This document shows, one piece after another, positions 23,725-37,690 of a DNA stretch of 64,000 nt. The stretch is from Ginglymostoma cirratum (taxonomy: Eukaryota), in the NCBI GenBank assembly GCA_024137785.1, contig JAHRHZ010000009.1:42058810-42122809 (forward strand), given 5' to 3'. The stretch's first letter is position 1. Every line of letters begins with the position of its first letter. The position numbers were made by a program, and so were the translations under genes. Below the pieces are notes generated by a model. The model had not been told where the DNA came from. It saw nothing but the letters and a program-made list of their open reading frames with translations, and ran no database searches.

Positions 23725-26455
23725 TTAAAAGCATGACTGTACATAAGCCTTGATTATACTTAATGATCTAACCTTGACACTCCTCTGTGATACAGAATTC
23801 CACTGATTCACTGCCTGTAGAGAGGATAAATTCCTCTTCATCCATATCTTATTTTGGTAACACCTTGTTCTGACATCATGGCCTCTGGTCCAAGACTCTC
23901 CTAAAAGGAGAAACAAACTTTCCACAATCAGCCTGTCTCCACAATCAGCCTGTCAAATCCCTGAAGAAGCTAATTTGTGTCAGTATGTTTGTCTCTCAGG
24001 TTTCAAAATATTTGTGAGTACAGGCTCAATCTACTGAAATTCTCTTCATTAGACAGTCGCACACACTTGACATTAGCCAAGTGAACCTCCGAACTCCCTC
24101 AAATACCAATCCATTTCTCTTTAGATAAGCGGCCCAGAGCTGTTCACATATTCTAGCTGCGATCTAACCAGTGTGTTGTATAGTTTTAGCAAGACATCCT
24201 TATTTTCGTATTCTATACCTTTGAAATAAAGACCAACATTTCATTTGCCTTCCCTGTTGTCTGCTGAACCTGTTTACTTGTTTTTGATGATTTATGCAAG
24301 AGTACTGTCAAATCCTCCTACTGTAGCTTTTTTGCAGTCTTTCTGCATTTAAATAACACTCAGCTTGTTAATTCTCCCTGGCAAGGTGCAAAACCTCACA
24401 CTTTCCCCCATTACATTCTGTCTGCCAAATTTTTGCCCACTCACTTAACCTATCTCTACCCCTCTTCAAACTCTTGTGTCAGCCTCATCTCAAGCCTTCC
24501 AAACTATTTTTATGTCATCTGAAAACTTGACTATAGTATATTCACTTTCCTCATCCAAGTTATTAATATATACTGTAAACAATTATGGCCCAGGTACTGA
24601 TTCCTCTGTCACTAGCTACAGTTTAGCCTCTTGAAATTACCCAGAAAATAACAAATGGTGGAGATCAGAGTTGGAGTCAGACAGCATCCATGGAGAGAAA
24701 GCAAGCTAATGTTTCAAGTCTAGACGTAGCTTCATCAGAGCTGAAGTGAAGTGTGGAAGGGGGCAATATTTATGCTGAAGGTGGGGCGGGGGGGTGCATG
24801 GGAAAGGCAGTGGTGGCTGTAGAGTGCTGATGGAGAAAAGATGTTGATAGTTTAGATTAAGTGATCAGAATGTGAGAATGGCAGAATGATGGTATGTCTA
24901 ACTGCCAGATTTGAAAGAGAGCCCAGTCCTACTAGGGTTGGGAGGAGGGAATAGCGGACATGGTGACAGAGAATATAACAAGTGAAGCTAAAAGAAAAGG
25001 AAGGAATGGGAGTTGATTCAAAATTTGAAGGTGAAAAGTCAATAATAAGTCCAGAAGGCTGTACAGTGTCTAGTCTGAAGATGAGATCTTGTTCCTCCAG
25101 TTTGCACTATGATTCACTGCAGCATGCTGAGGACTTAAAAGTGGGCATGTGAGCAGGATATTGTGTTGAAATGACCAGCTACAGGAAGGTTGGGGTCATG
25201 CTTGTGCACAGACCAGAGGCGTTCTGCAAAGTGGTTAGCCAATCTGTGTTTAGTTTCTCCAATGTAGAGTAGGTCACATTGGGTGCAGCGAATACAATAC
25301 ACAAGACTGGAGGAGGTGCAGGTGAAATGCTGCTTCATCTGGAAAGATTTTTTCGGCCCTTGGATGGTAGGTAGGGAGGAGATGAAGGGGCAGGTATTGC
25401 ACCTTCTGTGGTTAGATAGGAAGGTGCCGTGGGGAAGGAGGTGGTGTTGGTGGTCATGGAATGGACTAAGGTGCCCCAGAGAGAACGATCCATGTGAAAT
25501 GCACACAAGAGGAGTGAGGGAAAAATTTATTTGGTGGTGGCATTCTCCTGGAGTTTTCTGAAATGGCACAGAATGATCCTTTGAATGTGGAGGCTGGTGG
25601 GATGAAAAGTGAGGACAAGAGGGACCCAATCATGCTGTTGTGAGTGATGGGAAGGGGCAAGGAGTATGGGTGATAGGTTGGATGCAGTTGAGGGCCCTAT
25701 CAATCACTGTGGGTGGGAAACCACAGTTATGGAAGAAGTAAGCCATGTCAGCAGTCTTGTTTTGGAAGGTGGCATCTTCCAAACTGATGCAACGTAGGCG
25801 AAGGAACTGGGAAAATGGGATGGAGTTCTTGCAGGACGTGGGATATGATGAGGTGCAGTGAAAGTAGCCATGAGAGTCAGTGGTTTTGTCATGGATGGCA
25901 GTGGACAATTTATTCCTGAAATAGAAATTGTCCCTATTATCATTATTCAACTACTGCATTCTGTTAGTTAGCCAATCATCTTTTAGTTAGCCAATCATTT
26001 ATCCAAGTAAAATACTGCATCCAATACTATGGGCACTTGCCTTTTTAATAGCTTATTAAATAGCTTAATACATGGCACCTTATCAAATCTTTTCTGGAAA
26101 TCAAATGTTAGCTGTATTTCCTTTCTCTCTGCACTTCTTGTCACCTCCTGAAAGAATTCTAGTAAATTTGTCAGGAGTGACTTTTCTTTTATGAAGCAAT
26201 GCTGGCTCTGCATTGATCAGTTATGCGTTTCTACATGTTTTGCAATTACATTTTTTATAATAAGCATTAACATTTTTCCAATAACAGATGTTATGTTAAC
26301 TGGTCTAAAGTTATCTTTCTTTTGTCTTCTTCTCATTTGAAATAAAGGTGTTACATTAGTAGTCTTCCAATCCTCTGGGGCTCCTCGTGAATCTAAAAAT
26401 CCCTGGAAAATTACTATCAGTACATCCACTATTTCTGTAGCTTTCCACCTTGTAT
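23725..26455 (-). mobile_element. CR1 LINE ORF2, decayed, interrupted by a PLE at about 24645-25930
   Basis: ORF pieces LFLLLGESWTRGH, QSQHCFIKEKSLLTNLLEFF..DFQKRFDKVP and GAPEDWKTTNVTPLF..NFRPVNITSVIGKML. Confidence 0.85.
24645..25930 (-). mobile_element. Penelope-like element: RT thumb, GIY-YIG endonuclease and 3' UTR, frameshifted
   Basis: KTTDSHGY...SSYPTSCKNSIPFSQFLRLR and FTCTSSSLVYCIRCTQCDLLYIGETKHRLANHFAE...LPVAGHFN. Confidence 0.92.
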
Positions 26456-26649
26456 TTAAATTGTGACCCCAGGTTTTAGCCACCCCGACCAAGGAAAACT
26501 ACTTCCCTACATAGGCCAAGTCACTTTTTCACATCCAAACGTTCCAACTTCTCATCAAGTAAGAAATGCACTGTACATCTGTTCTTCCTACCAGAATAAC
26601 AACCTCAGGGAACATAACTATCCTTGTCAATACATTAGTAAACATTAAT

Positions 26650-27240
26650 GCACATGCAGCGAGCTATCATAAGATCTAAGAGAATGTTAGCCTTTATCAC
26701 AAGGGGAGTGGTGAAAACTTTCTTCGACTGTAAGCTTGGTTAGACCATTCCTAGGTACTGTGTACCTGAGGGAAGATATTATTAACATAGAAAGAGTGCA
26801 ACAAAAGTTCACCCGACTTTTTCGCAGGATGGCGGGACTTCCCTATGATGAACTTAGAAGAACGAGAGACGATGTCATTGAAAGCTGCAAAATACTAAAA
26901 AGGATAGACAGGGTAAATGAAATTTTCCCTGGTTGGAGTGTCTAGAAACAGGGGTAGAATTTAAACATCAGGGCGATGCCTATTAGATCTCAGATGACAA
27001 GACTATTTTTCCTCTCAAAGGATAGTAAGTCTTTGGAATTCTCCGTCACAGAGAGTCTGGAAGATTTCTGTTTGAGTGTGCTTAAAGTAGTGGTTGAAAC
27101 ATTTTTGATTATCAATGGCGTAAAAGGTTTATGGGGATATTGTTAGTAAAAGACATTTGAAGTGTTTATTCAGATATCATCAGGTTAAATGGTGGACCAG
27201 GCTAAACAAGTTCGATGGCCTACTCCTGTTTCTATGTTCC
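26650..27240 (+). mobile_element. CR1 LINE 3' end
   Basis: LVRPFL..YLREDIINIERVQQKFTRLF.RMAGLPYDE; tail atggcctactcctgtttctatgttcc. Confidence 0.8.
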
Positions 27241-27368
27241 TTTGACAGTGGATAGGCAATGGCTAATATTTAAAGAACAAATACATGCTTTTCAACAGTT
27301 ATTCATATTCATAGTCAAATTCTGGCTAACAAAAAGAATTACAGATAGTGTTCCATACAAAGAGAAAG

Positions 27369-27480
27369 CACCAGGTTATAGTCCAACAGGTTTATTTGAA
27401 ATCACAAACTTTTGGAGCACTGCTCTTTTGTCAGATGACTTTGCCCATCCCAGTCCAACATTGGCACCTCCACATCATGT
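27369..27480. mobile_element. Short PLE-derived fragment, same family as 39698-39960
   Basis: caccaggttatagtccaacaggtttatttgaaatcac...catcccagtccaacattggcacctccacatc. Confidence 0.75.
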
Positions 27481-27489
27481 CATAAGATG

Positions 27490-27965
27490 AGTGCAGCAAA
27501 GTTTCACCAGGCTGATTTCCGGGATACAAGGCAGGTTTGTCATATGAGGGGAGATTGGGTCAACTGGGCCTGTCTTCATAGGAATGTCTTCAGAGGGAAT
27601 CTCATGAAATATACAAAAGTCTAACAGGGATGGATAAACTTGATAAAGTAATCATATTTCAATTGGAGGTTCCAGAGCTGAAATTACCTTCTCAGTTGAC
27701 ACGGTTAGTAATTTTGGACTGAGATGAGAAGAAATTCCTTCACTCAGAGGGGATGAATCTGTGGAATTTTCTACTACAGAAGACTGTGGAGGCAGGTCAC
27801 TGAATATAACCAAGAAATAAATTTTAAGAAGCTGGAAGGTGTCAAGAGTTATAAATAGAAAACAGAAAAATGGCAATGAGATAAGTGATCAGTTATGATT
27901 ATGTTGAATAATGGGGCAGTATTGAGGGACTGAATGGCTACCCCACTCTGATTTTCTATCCATTC
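27490..27965 (+). mobile_element. CR1 LINE 3' end
   Basis: gtgcagcaaagtttcaccaggctgatt...ggactgagatgagaagaaattccttcactcagagg...ctgaatggctac. Confidence 0.8.
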
Positions 27966-30660
27966 AAGTGACTCTTCATATTCTATTCCATGAATGCTCT
28001 TGCATGCTGACAAAAATGAACTGATTTATGTGTAGTCTGTACAGGAAGAATAGTTGTACCACTATCAAATTATGCAGTCACACAGCCAAAACAAAACTTT
28101 GTTGATGGTAAATTCCTATCTTATGTCTCGTTTTAACTCCCAGCTCAGCCTGATTACTTTTGATGAACAAATTACCAAGGGTTGCCATGTACCTATTTCC
28201 AGACCATCTTCATCCCTTATGCCAATCTTGTCTGCTAATTTCTTACACTGAATAACTGCGGCCTCCTCTGTTATAGCACATCCAGGACAAGAGATTACAA
28301 CAACTTAGTACTGAAGAAGAGACACTTGCATTTGACCTGACACTCATAACTAGATCTATATCTATACCAAGATGCTCATGTGGAGTTGGGATCTGCATAT
28401 TCTATTGAGGCATTTTGCCTTGTAATCATTCAGAACAGACATAAGAATTCCAAATTTCGAAGGTGGAGGCAGCAATTCATTTTCTTTCCTTTGAAATTTG
28501 ATCTTTTTGCATCTGTCCTGATGAGTTCAAGATTAAAAGTTCATCCCCCTGTTCAGCAGTACTCAACTTTTGTATTACCGAGCTACTTTGCGAAGTTTGC
28601 GATCATCAAGTCATCAGAAATGAAATGTGTATCACCTAAATTTGAAATGCTTATTTCTTGGGAAGTAAACTATAATTTATTCCAAATGAGTGAAATGATC
28701 AGTGTTAACTACAAAGCAAGCATCAAACTCCATTCTGAGTTACAAACTGTTCTGTTTATTTCACTATATGGATTAGAACAAGGATTGAAAGCAAGTTATA
28801 TATTTTTCAGAAGCTTGTTTTAAATGTCATAGCATAAAGACACTACAGCACAGGTCTCAATTTGTGCAGGAAATATAAGTTAAATCATCCCCACCTGACC
28901 TACCAGCTGGTATTTGCTCTCTGCTGTTGCATAATCTGATTTTTTGACAGATGCATTGTGAGTTTTGTATTATCTATTACAAGAGCCCAGGCAGGGACGG
29001 CTTGCAGCACAATATTGAGAGTCCAGGGAGTAATTTTTTGCCATGTTTTCAACAGTCTAGACAGCACTGTGCAATGTTTTGTAGTTGTCAAACAGAATCA
29101 CAGAAGAGACTTGATTGAACTGATAGAAAAAAGAAATGTCATAGGTCACTTACATTATCTTTCATTGCATCTTCTACATATAAAAGTGGTTCTAGTCTAA
29201 GTATGTTTTCAGATCTGTAATTGAGGCATGAGACTTGATTCCACATCTGTCACTTGTTTTAGCCCAAAGGGACTGGCAGGCAGATTGTCACAGTTTAAAG
29301 GACTGAACTGTGAAGGAGTTGATGTCCTGCACCATGCTATGCCCATGTCAACACTACAGTATGCACCAGCAGATAACATAGCAAACTCACTGCACGTGCT
29401 TCAAACATATGGTCATGTTTGAATGTCAAAGGGAACCAGTAATTAGTGACTTTTTGAGTCTATTTTCAGTCACAGAGAACTGGTAGAGTCAAGGGGTCCA
29501 TATGATTCTAATCCAGGGAGTTGGGTAAAGTCAGTCCTTAAGGTCAGGTGTAACCAGTTCAGAAATTACAGGTACATCAGTCAATGTGTTGCAGAGATAT
29601 CAGTCCAAAGCTTAGGCCAAACTTTTCTGCAATTACACAGAGAGAGATTTAATATGATTGAAGTGAATGGAAAAACAGTTAGTGGTAATACACAAGCATA
29701 TGGTGTCCCCAGTGAGAGGGCAGGAGGAGTTAGAAGTTTAGAAGGATGAGGTGTGTGAGAGCTCTAGAGCGGGCGTGATGCATAAAATAAAGTTGTAGTT
29801 CATGAGGCTTGGTGAGAGGTATGCGCAGTAGCAAAGTTAGAATGAGTGGCGATCTTGTGAGTGTAATATATCGCAGAGAAGGATTTGGCACTTATCCTTG
29901 TGGAATGTAGATCATTGTCCTTCTTCCTGTACTGTTGTTCATTTCTGTTTCATCTGGGACATGGCACTCATCCAGATTGCTACCCTGTCCATCCTAGCTA
30001 AGACTAATGGTATGACATTCTTTGCTGGTAAGAAGATAAAAACACTGTCCCCTTCTCAACTACCCCATCACCTGCACCTGCTTTCCTTCCAGAGATCTGA
30101 TGGTTTCTAACCAAAGATTCATATCCACAAATTGTTCATCTACCTGGGAGCCAATCATTTAGTTGTTGACAAACATAAGAACATAAGCTCCCTGGCTCCA
30201 ACTTGTCTAGATCCAGACTTCAACTACTTCTTGAACAAGCAGCTGTGCAAACAACATTTACAATGAATATCAAGTTACTTGCTTTTAAAAGTGCAACAAT
30301 CCTTCAACAATTCTTGATTTTTAAAATAGTATATTTCCCATTTCAGTTCACAATCAAACATACACAAAACCAACATGCTACATTCTTTACAGCATTGTCA
30401 GCAGAATGGCCAGATAACCCTTGGTTCACTTATCCAAGCCATTGATGTAGACCATAAATAATTAGCACCCAGCATGGATTTCTGTAGTACCTGACTGGGT
30501 AAAATTTGCCACCCTGCAAATTTCATGTTTATCACTGCTCCTATTTTCCATTCACAAAACCAAAAACTGCAGATGCTGGAAATCTGAAGTCTTCAGGCAC
30601 ATGTTCCAGGTGAGGCAGGAATTTACTAGCACTTCATTTAATCTGATCTACTGTATTCAT

Positions 30661-31470
30661 TGAGTCATAGAGTTGTACAACATGGAAAGAGACAAACTTC
30701 AGTTCAACTCGTCCATACCAACAAGACATCCTAAATTAATTAAGTCCTATTTGCCAGCATTTGGCCAATATCCGTCTAAAACTTTTCTATTCATATACCC
30801 CTCCTGATGCCTTTTAAATGTTATAGTTGTACCAGCCTCCACCACTTCCTCTGGCAGCTCATTCCATGTATGCACCACCCACTACATGAAAAAAATGTCC
30901 CTTAGGTCCCTTTTTAATCTTTCCTCTCTCACCTTAAACCTATACCTTCTAGTTTGGACTCCCCTACTCTGGGGAAAAGACTTTAGCTATTCACCCATTC
31001 CATGTCCCTCATGATTTTACAAACTTCTATAAGGACGCCCCTCAACTTCTGATGCTCCAGGAAAAATAGGCTGAGCCTATTAAGCCTGTTCCTTTGACTC
31101 AAAATCCCGAACTCTGGCAACATCCTTGTAAATCTCTTCTGAACCCTTTAAAGTTTCACAACTTCCTTCCTATAGCAGGTACAGCAGGATTGAATGCGAT
31201 ATTCCAAAAGTGGCCAAACCAATGTCCTGTATAGTTGCAACATGACCTCCTGATTCTTATATTCAATGCATTGCCTAAGAAAGGCAAGCATACCAAACAC
31301 CTTATATCCTATCCTGGCTACCCGTGACTCTACTTTCAAGGAACTATGAACCTGAACTCTAAGGTCTCTTGTTCAGCAACACTCACCAGGACCTTACATT
31401 AAGTGCATAAGTCCTGATTTGCCTGTCCAAAATACAGCATCTCACATTTATCTGAAATAAACTCCATCTT
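30661..31470 (-). mobile_element. CR1 LINE 3' end
   Basis: ORF 31148-31339 reads GMLAFLRQCIEYKNQEVMLQLYRTLVWPLLEY; tail gagtcatagagttgtacaacatggaa. Confidence 0.9.
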
Positions 31471-31798
31471 CATAGAATCCCTGCAGTGTGGAAACAGGGC
31501 AATTGGCCCATCAAGTCCAGAGTAACCCTCCGAAGAGCATCCCACTCAGACCCATCCTCCTGCTCTTTCCATGTAGCCCTGCATTTTTCATGGCTAACCA
31601 TTTAACTTACACACTACTGGATACTCTGGGCAATTTAGTATGGCCAATACACCTAACCTGCACGTCTTTGGACTGTGGGAGGAAACCGGAGCACCAGAAA
31701 GAAACCCACGCAGACACACGGAGAATGTGAAAACTCCACACAGTTAGTCACCTGAGATGGATTCAAACCCATGTCCCTGATGCTGTGAGGCAGCAGTG
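31471..31798 (-). mobile_element. HE1-type V-SINE
   Basis: tctttggactgtgggaggaaaccggagcacc...gaaacccacgcagacac...aaactccacacag...gctgtgaggcagcagtg. Confidence 0.9.
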
Positions 31799-31844
31799 GT
31801 CAAGGTCCTGGTACAGTGGTCAAGGTCCTGGTGTACTTTGAGGT

Positions 31845-32470
31845 ACCCTTCTTCACTGTCCACTGCATCATTGTTGTCTTCTCTACACTGGGGAGGTAAA
31901 ACTCAGATGTAGGCGACTGTTCTGTGGAGCATCGATGTTTTGTCCGCAGAAGTGACCCTGCACTTCTGGTTGCCTGCCACTTTAACGTATCATTGTGTTC
32001 CTTGGCCAACATTTCTGTCTCGGGTTTGCTGGAGTGCTCAGTGAGGCTCAGTACAAGCTGGCAGAACAGCATCCATTCTCTGTAGCCTTCTGGACACAAC
32101 ATCAAGTTCAATATTTTTAGGGCCCGATCATCCTCTTCCTTATCCTTTACCCACCTTCCCAACACAGATGTTGTCATCATATGGGCTGCTAACACCTTCT
32201 CAACCTATGGTGCACATTATCAGCTTTTATCCTTCCCTGACATGCCATTATCAATTGCTTTATTTGCCTAACTGCAAATCTGTTCTCTCATCTCCACTAA
32301 TCATGAGCTTCTTTATACCCACCTTGCCCATGCTTGTCTTTAAGATACATTACCATCTTTCCTACCTCATTCTAGTTATGATGCAGGGTCACTGGTCCTG
32401 AAACGTTAAGTCTGCTTTCTCTCCAGAGATGTTGCCAGATCTGTTGAGTTTCTCCAGAAATTTCTGTTTT
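31845..32470 (+). mobile_element. Penelope-like element, GIY-YIG end and 3' UTR, decayed
   Basis: DNA for LLYxGE...GDCF.EH...PVACHFN...RKLxEQ; end gggtcactggtcctgaaacgtt...gagtttctccagaaatttctgtttt. Confidence 0.8.
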
Positions 32471-32689
32471 CATCACAATATCCTGTTATTTGGCAAATCC
32501 TGTAATCATGCTGAAATATCCCCAATACCACGAGTTCTTATATTCTTTGGTAACATTTTGTGTAGCACATTATTGAATGCAATTTGAAAATTCATTTTCT
32601 TTCTGGCCCTGGCTTGAATTTTTGTAAGGATGGAAATCTTCTCTGTTATTATTAGATCAATTGACTAAAGTACAGCACAGCAGCACATG

Positions 32690-35420
32690 CATGTCCCTGC
32701 AAAACTACAGGATAGGAATGGCAGGATTCAGGAACCATGGATGACAAGGGAAATTGTAAGGTTAGTCAAAAGGAAAAGGGAAGCATACAACAAGTCTAGG
32801 CAGCTACAAACTAACAAAACCCTGGAGGAGTACAGGGAAATTAGGAAATAATTAGGAAGGCAAAAAGGAGCCATGAAATGTCTTTAGTAAACAGGCTCAA
32901 GAAGAATCCTAAGGCTTTTTATGCATATGTTAGGAGAAAGAGGGTAACATGGGAAAGAGTAGGGCCACTCAAGGACGAAGGAGGGAAGTTATATGTTAGT
33001 ACTGCATGTTGTGGGAATGGAGATACAGATCAAATCCTCAACTTCCACAGCAACCACCCCAACGTCCACAAACAAAGCTGCATTAGGACACTATTTAACG
33101 GGCCACCACTCACTGCAACACTCCAGAACTATGCCAGGAAGAGGAAGAACACTTATACAAGACCCTCACTTTAAACGGGTATCCCCACAACTTCATCCAC
33201 AGATGCCTACAAAACAGATAACACCAGGGCGACACAGTACGACATAGCACACTGGCCACACTGCCCGACATCAAGAACATATCAGAACTGACAACAAGAC
33301 TCCTAAGACCACTAGGAATCATGGTGGCCCACAAGCCCACAGCCACTCTACAACAAACACTTACAAGGATTAAAGACCCCATTTCCACAAAATGCAGAAC
33401 CAATGTGGTTTACAAAATATCATACAATGACTGCCACAAACATTACATCGGACATCCAGGAAGGATACTAGCCATAAGAATACACAAACATCAGCCGGCA
33501 GCAAAATGGCATGATGAACTCTCCTTAATATCTGTACATTCACTCAATGAAGGCCATCAGTTAAATTGGACAAACTAACCATGGTAACCCAAGCCAAACA
33601 TAGACAATCACGGAAATTCCTGGAGGCACGGTTCTCCATCCATACTTCATTCAACAAATATATAGAATTGGTCCCCATATATAAACCAATAAAGATCAAA
33701 ACCAGAACTGATAGTACTCACCATAATGAACCGGACAGTATAAATTCCAAGTGGAGTAGAATAATATTGCTTCATTGGAGGCTCCACTGATGATGTCACC
33801 TAGCATGGTGATGAAATACCTGAACATAAACAAGCCAGCTCGGCGAGCAAGTCAACAACCTCATCCACAACCTGAGCTACAGATCTTTGCCAAAACTTTA
33901 AATATCTCCACATCCTTGTTGACCATAGGTGAAGTTCCAAAGGACTGGAGATTAGCGAATGTTGTTCCCTTGTTTAAGAAAGGATGCAGGGATAATTCAG
34001 GAAACTATAGGCCAGTAAGCTTGATGTCTGTGATGCAGAAGCTCTTGGAGAAGATACTGAGGGACAAGATATATGTGCATTTGGAGGAAAATGGACTCGT
34101 TAGTTACAGGCAGCATGGTTTTGTCCGGGGAAGGTCATGTTTCACCAACCAGATTGAATTTTTTGAAGCGGTAACAAGGATAACTGATGAGGGAAAGGTT
34201 GTGGATGTAGTTTATTTGGACTTTAGTAAGGCATTTGATAAAGTCCCACATGGCAGGCTGATTCAAAAACTAAACTCACATGTATGCTAAATCGGAGTGG
34301 GCTGGCTGACGGATAGAAAACTGGCTTGGTCATAAAAGACAGAGGGTAGTGGTGAAAGCATACTTTTCAGAATGGAGACCAGTAACTAGTGGTGTTCCAC
34401 TGGGGTCAGTGTTAGGTCCTTCATTGTTTGTAGTATATATAAATGATCTGGAGGAAAATGTGCATGGTCTGATAAGCAAGTTTGCTGATGACATGAAGAT
34501 TGGTGGACTTGCTGATAGTGTCAACAATTATGAAAGTATACAACAGGATATAGACAGATTGGCGACTTGGGCACAGAAATGGCAAATGGAGTTTAATCCA
34601 GACAAATGTGAAGTGATGTATTTTGGAGGATCAAATTTAGGTGTGAGTTATATTATAAATGGCGGAACCCTTAGGAATGCAAATATTCAGATGGATCTGG
34701 GTGTGCAGGTCCACAGTTTCCTGAAAGTGGCAACACAGGTAGCCAAGGGGATTAAGAAGGCATTTGGCATACTTGCCTTCATCACCTGGGGCTGTGGAGT
34801 ACAAAAGTTGACAAAACATGTTGCAGCTATATAAAACCTTTGTTCGGCCACATTTGGAGTATTGTGTGCAGTTTTGGTCACCACACTACCAGAAGAATGT
34901 GCAAGCTTTGGAGAGAGTACAGAGAAGGTTCACCAGGATGCTGCCTGGTCTCCAGGGCATTGACTATGAGGAAAGGTTAAAAAGACTAGGATTGTTTTCA
35001 CTGGAAAGACAGTGGCTGAGAGGAGACCTGATAGAGGTCCACAGAGTTATGAGAGGCATAGATAGGGTGGATAGTCAGAGGCTTTTCCCGGGGTTGAAGT
35101 GTCAATTACCAGGGGGCACAGGTTCAAGGTCAGAGGGAGAAAGTTTAAGGGAGACGTGCAAGGGAACTTTTTCACACAGAGAGTGGTAGCAGCCTGGAAT
35201 GCACGACCAGAAAATGTGGTGGAAGCAGGCACATTGAAGACATTTAAGAGGCACCTAGATAGGCACATGAATAGGGAGGGAATAGAGGGATACAGATTGA
35301 AAAATGGCAAGCTTGTTTTTTGATTAACTAGGGCATGATGGTCAACACAGGCTTGGAGGGCCGAAGGGCCTGTTCCTGTGCTGTACTTTTTCATTTGTTC
35401 ATTCGTTTATTTGTTCATTA
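32690..35420 (+). mobile_element. Best-preserved CR1 LINE in the window (ORF2 pseudogene: RT and 3' UTR), interrupted by a PLE
   Basis: KKNPKAFYAYVRRKR; GEVPKDWRLANVVPLFKKG..NYRPVSL; YLDFSKAFDKVPHGRL; GVPLGSVLGP; KFADD (FADD at 34481-34492); VRPHLEYCVQFWSP; TRGH. Broken by stops and frameshifts. Confidence 0.95.
33020..33900 (+). mobile_element. Penelope-like element (second family), 5'-truncated, GIY-YIG
   Basis: TDQILNFHSNHPNVHKQSCIRTLF; HKPTATLQQTLTRIKDP..TNVVYKI...HYIG..GR.LAIRIHKH; 3' pLTR with ctgatga...gaaa. Confidence 0.92.
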
Positions 35421-36934
35421 CAAAAATGGCCCCACAGGCTGAAATTCTGAAGTCCTGCTCCCAAACATGTCACCTGCATTTTGTTTCAGGTAAAGGGATG
35501 TGGACAGATTCCAATGTAGTTATCAGAGGTTCATGGAGATAACTATATATGCTAAAGTGCAGCTGCCACAGCCTTTTACACAAGTGTAATGTCCGATCTT
35601 GACTTGCGCACTTTAATAAGAGAGAATTTAAAGCTTCTGGAATTCTTTTGAGAGTTAATTTTCTTTTCTTGATATAGTCCAGGCATAACTTTGGCAAGAT
35701 TCAGATGCCCTTTGCGAGAAGTTGCATCCCTTTGGGACAGGAAAGGTGCCCTTTGGATAGTAAAATTTAGACATGACTGCATTTAAATAAAAAATATTGT
35801 TACTCAATGGAACAACCAAAATAACAAGAGAACAATCAAAAGGAGATGTCAAGAGATCATCAAAACGAAATTCAAAGGGAGCTTTCTAAAGAAGATGCTG
35901 AAAGGGCTGTCGAAGGAAGGGTCAAGGCTCTCAAGATACTTCAAACTCTTACATGTTAAGTATTGTAAAACGAGATAAACTGTCTGGAATGTTAAAACAA
36001 AATCATCATGTTGCTATTCCACCCTTGTGTTGACATAGGCCTAAGTGCTATCTTAACAGGAATGGCTAATTTCACAAGGTTTTCTCATTACACTGGGGCG
36101 GCTGACAATTCACAGTTTAACTGTCATCACCAAGTGATCATAATATCTCTGACATAGGACAAAGAATAACAATTTTTTTTATTTTAAGAGGTTAAAGGAA
36201 GTTATATGTAGCAAAGAAAATCATAATTTGTTACAATAGATACTTAAGAAGTTAAGTTTACCTCATTTCAGCCTGAGTCCTGGGGTCTGCCCATACTCAG
36301 TGAGTAGATTGGTTATAAGGGCATAGGGTGGCAGAAAGGGGCAGATGACGAACCATGAGGTGAGGGATATTTGCTTTTAAATTGGTTTTCATTTTATAGA
36401 CTTGATAAAATGCTGGTGTAACATAGCAGATAGTAGAGACGCAAAGAAAATAAAATGATATTTGCTTAGAGACAGGAGTCTAGTAACAAAGAAAAGTCAG
36501 AACAATCCAGGAGTATGCAAGTTCATTCAGAGAGATGAGGTCCCCATTGGCAGAGGTGCTGATATTGACAGTCTTCAAGCAGTTATGGTTGAAAGAAGTC
36601 CTGGGTGACTTAAAAGTCAATATGAGAAAAGCTTCAGAAACAAATAAAATACTATTGAGATGTCAGAGAGGAAGACATCCTGCAAAACTGTTTGAGACGT
36701 GATTATAAGGACTAAGTAAGAAATGAGTTTTGTTTGCAGGTTGTTCAAGTGTCCTGGGAAGAAGCACAAACTGAGGAACTGAATCATTGAAGTAATGAAG
36801 AAATTTGCTGAAAGGAAATGAATACGAGCTGTGCCAGCTGAACAGTGAGTTTTTGCGTGGAGAAAATGGTGACCCTACACTAAAGTATGAGTGCCAGAAA
36901 GATTGTTTTTGGGATAAAATGGACTGCTTAAAAG

Positions 36935-37690
36935 TGCTACACCTGCCCCTACACCTCCCTCCCACTCCCATCCCAGGCCCCAAGAAGACCGCTGTTCCCG
37001 TTGTGGCCTCCTCTACATCGGGGAGACTAAGCGGAAGCTTTGGGGACCGCTTTGCGGAACACCTATGCTCAGTTCGCACCTCCCAGTCGCGAACCATTTC
37101 AACTCCCCCTCCCATTCCTCAGATGACATGTCCATCCTGTGCCTCCTGCAGTGCCACAACGATGCCACCCAAAGGTTGCAGGAACAGCACCTCATATTTC
37201 GCTTGGGAACCCTGCAGCCCAATGGTATCAATGTGGACTTCACAAGCTTCAAAATCTCCCCTCCCTCAACCGCATCCCAAAACTAGCCCAGCTTGTCCCC
37301 GCCTCCCTAACCTGTACTTCCTCCCACCTATCCCCTCCTCCCACCTCAAGCCCCACCCCCATCTCCTACCTACTAGCCTCATCGCACCCCCTTGACCTGT
37401 CCGTCCTCCCTGGACTGATCTATCACCTCCCTAATTCCCCCCTACACTCACCTTTACTGGCTCCATCCCCACCTCTTTGACCTGTCTGTCTCCTCTCCAC
37501 TTACCTTCTCCTTTATCCATCTTCTATGGATCATCCATCCGCCTCCCCCTCTGTCCCTATTTATTTCAGAACCCCCTTCCCCTCCCCCATATCTGAAGAG
37601 AGGTCTAGGCCTGAAACGTCAGCTTTCCTGCACCTCTGATGCTGCTTGGCCTGCTGTGTTCATCCACCTCTACACCTTGTTATCTCTGCT
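36935..37690 (+). mobile_element. Penelope-like element 3' part, internally deleted
   Basis: LYIGET, FGDRFAEHLCSVR, PVANHFNSPSHS and EQHLIFRLGTLQPNGINVDF; pyrimidine-rich UTR; ctgaaga...gaaacgtc. Confidence 0.92.

Noticed and set aside
23921-23954. Perfect 17-bp tandem duplication (similar about 20-bp duplications at 25965-25998 and 31794-31832)
   Set aside because: Two-copy slippage or insertion-junction duplications inside TEs; not arrays and not CRISPR.
28380-28823. 147-aa ORF
   Set aside because: No recognisable domain, AT-biased composition and a GTG start. It also overlaps a PLE-end-like motif at about 28516-28545.
33775-34290. 171-aa ORF as a novel RT fusion protein
   Set aside because: It is a chance read-through from a PLE 3' UTR into a broken CR1 ORF2, and it stops before the catalytic motif.
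36805-37395. Longest ORF (196 aa, Pro-rich) with a CFW motif suggestive of urotensin
   Set aside because: The motif reads DCFWDKM, not CFWKYC. The rest is frame-shifting Penelope sequence plus a C-rich UTR.
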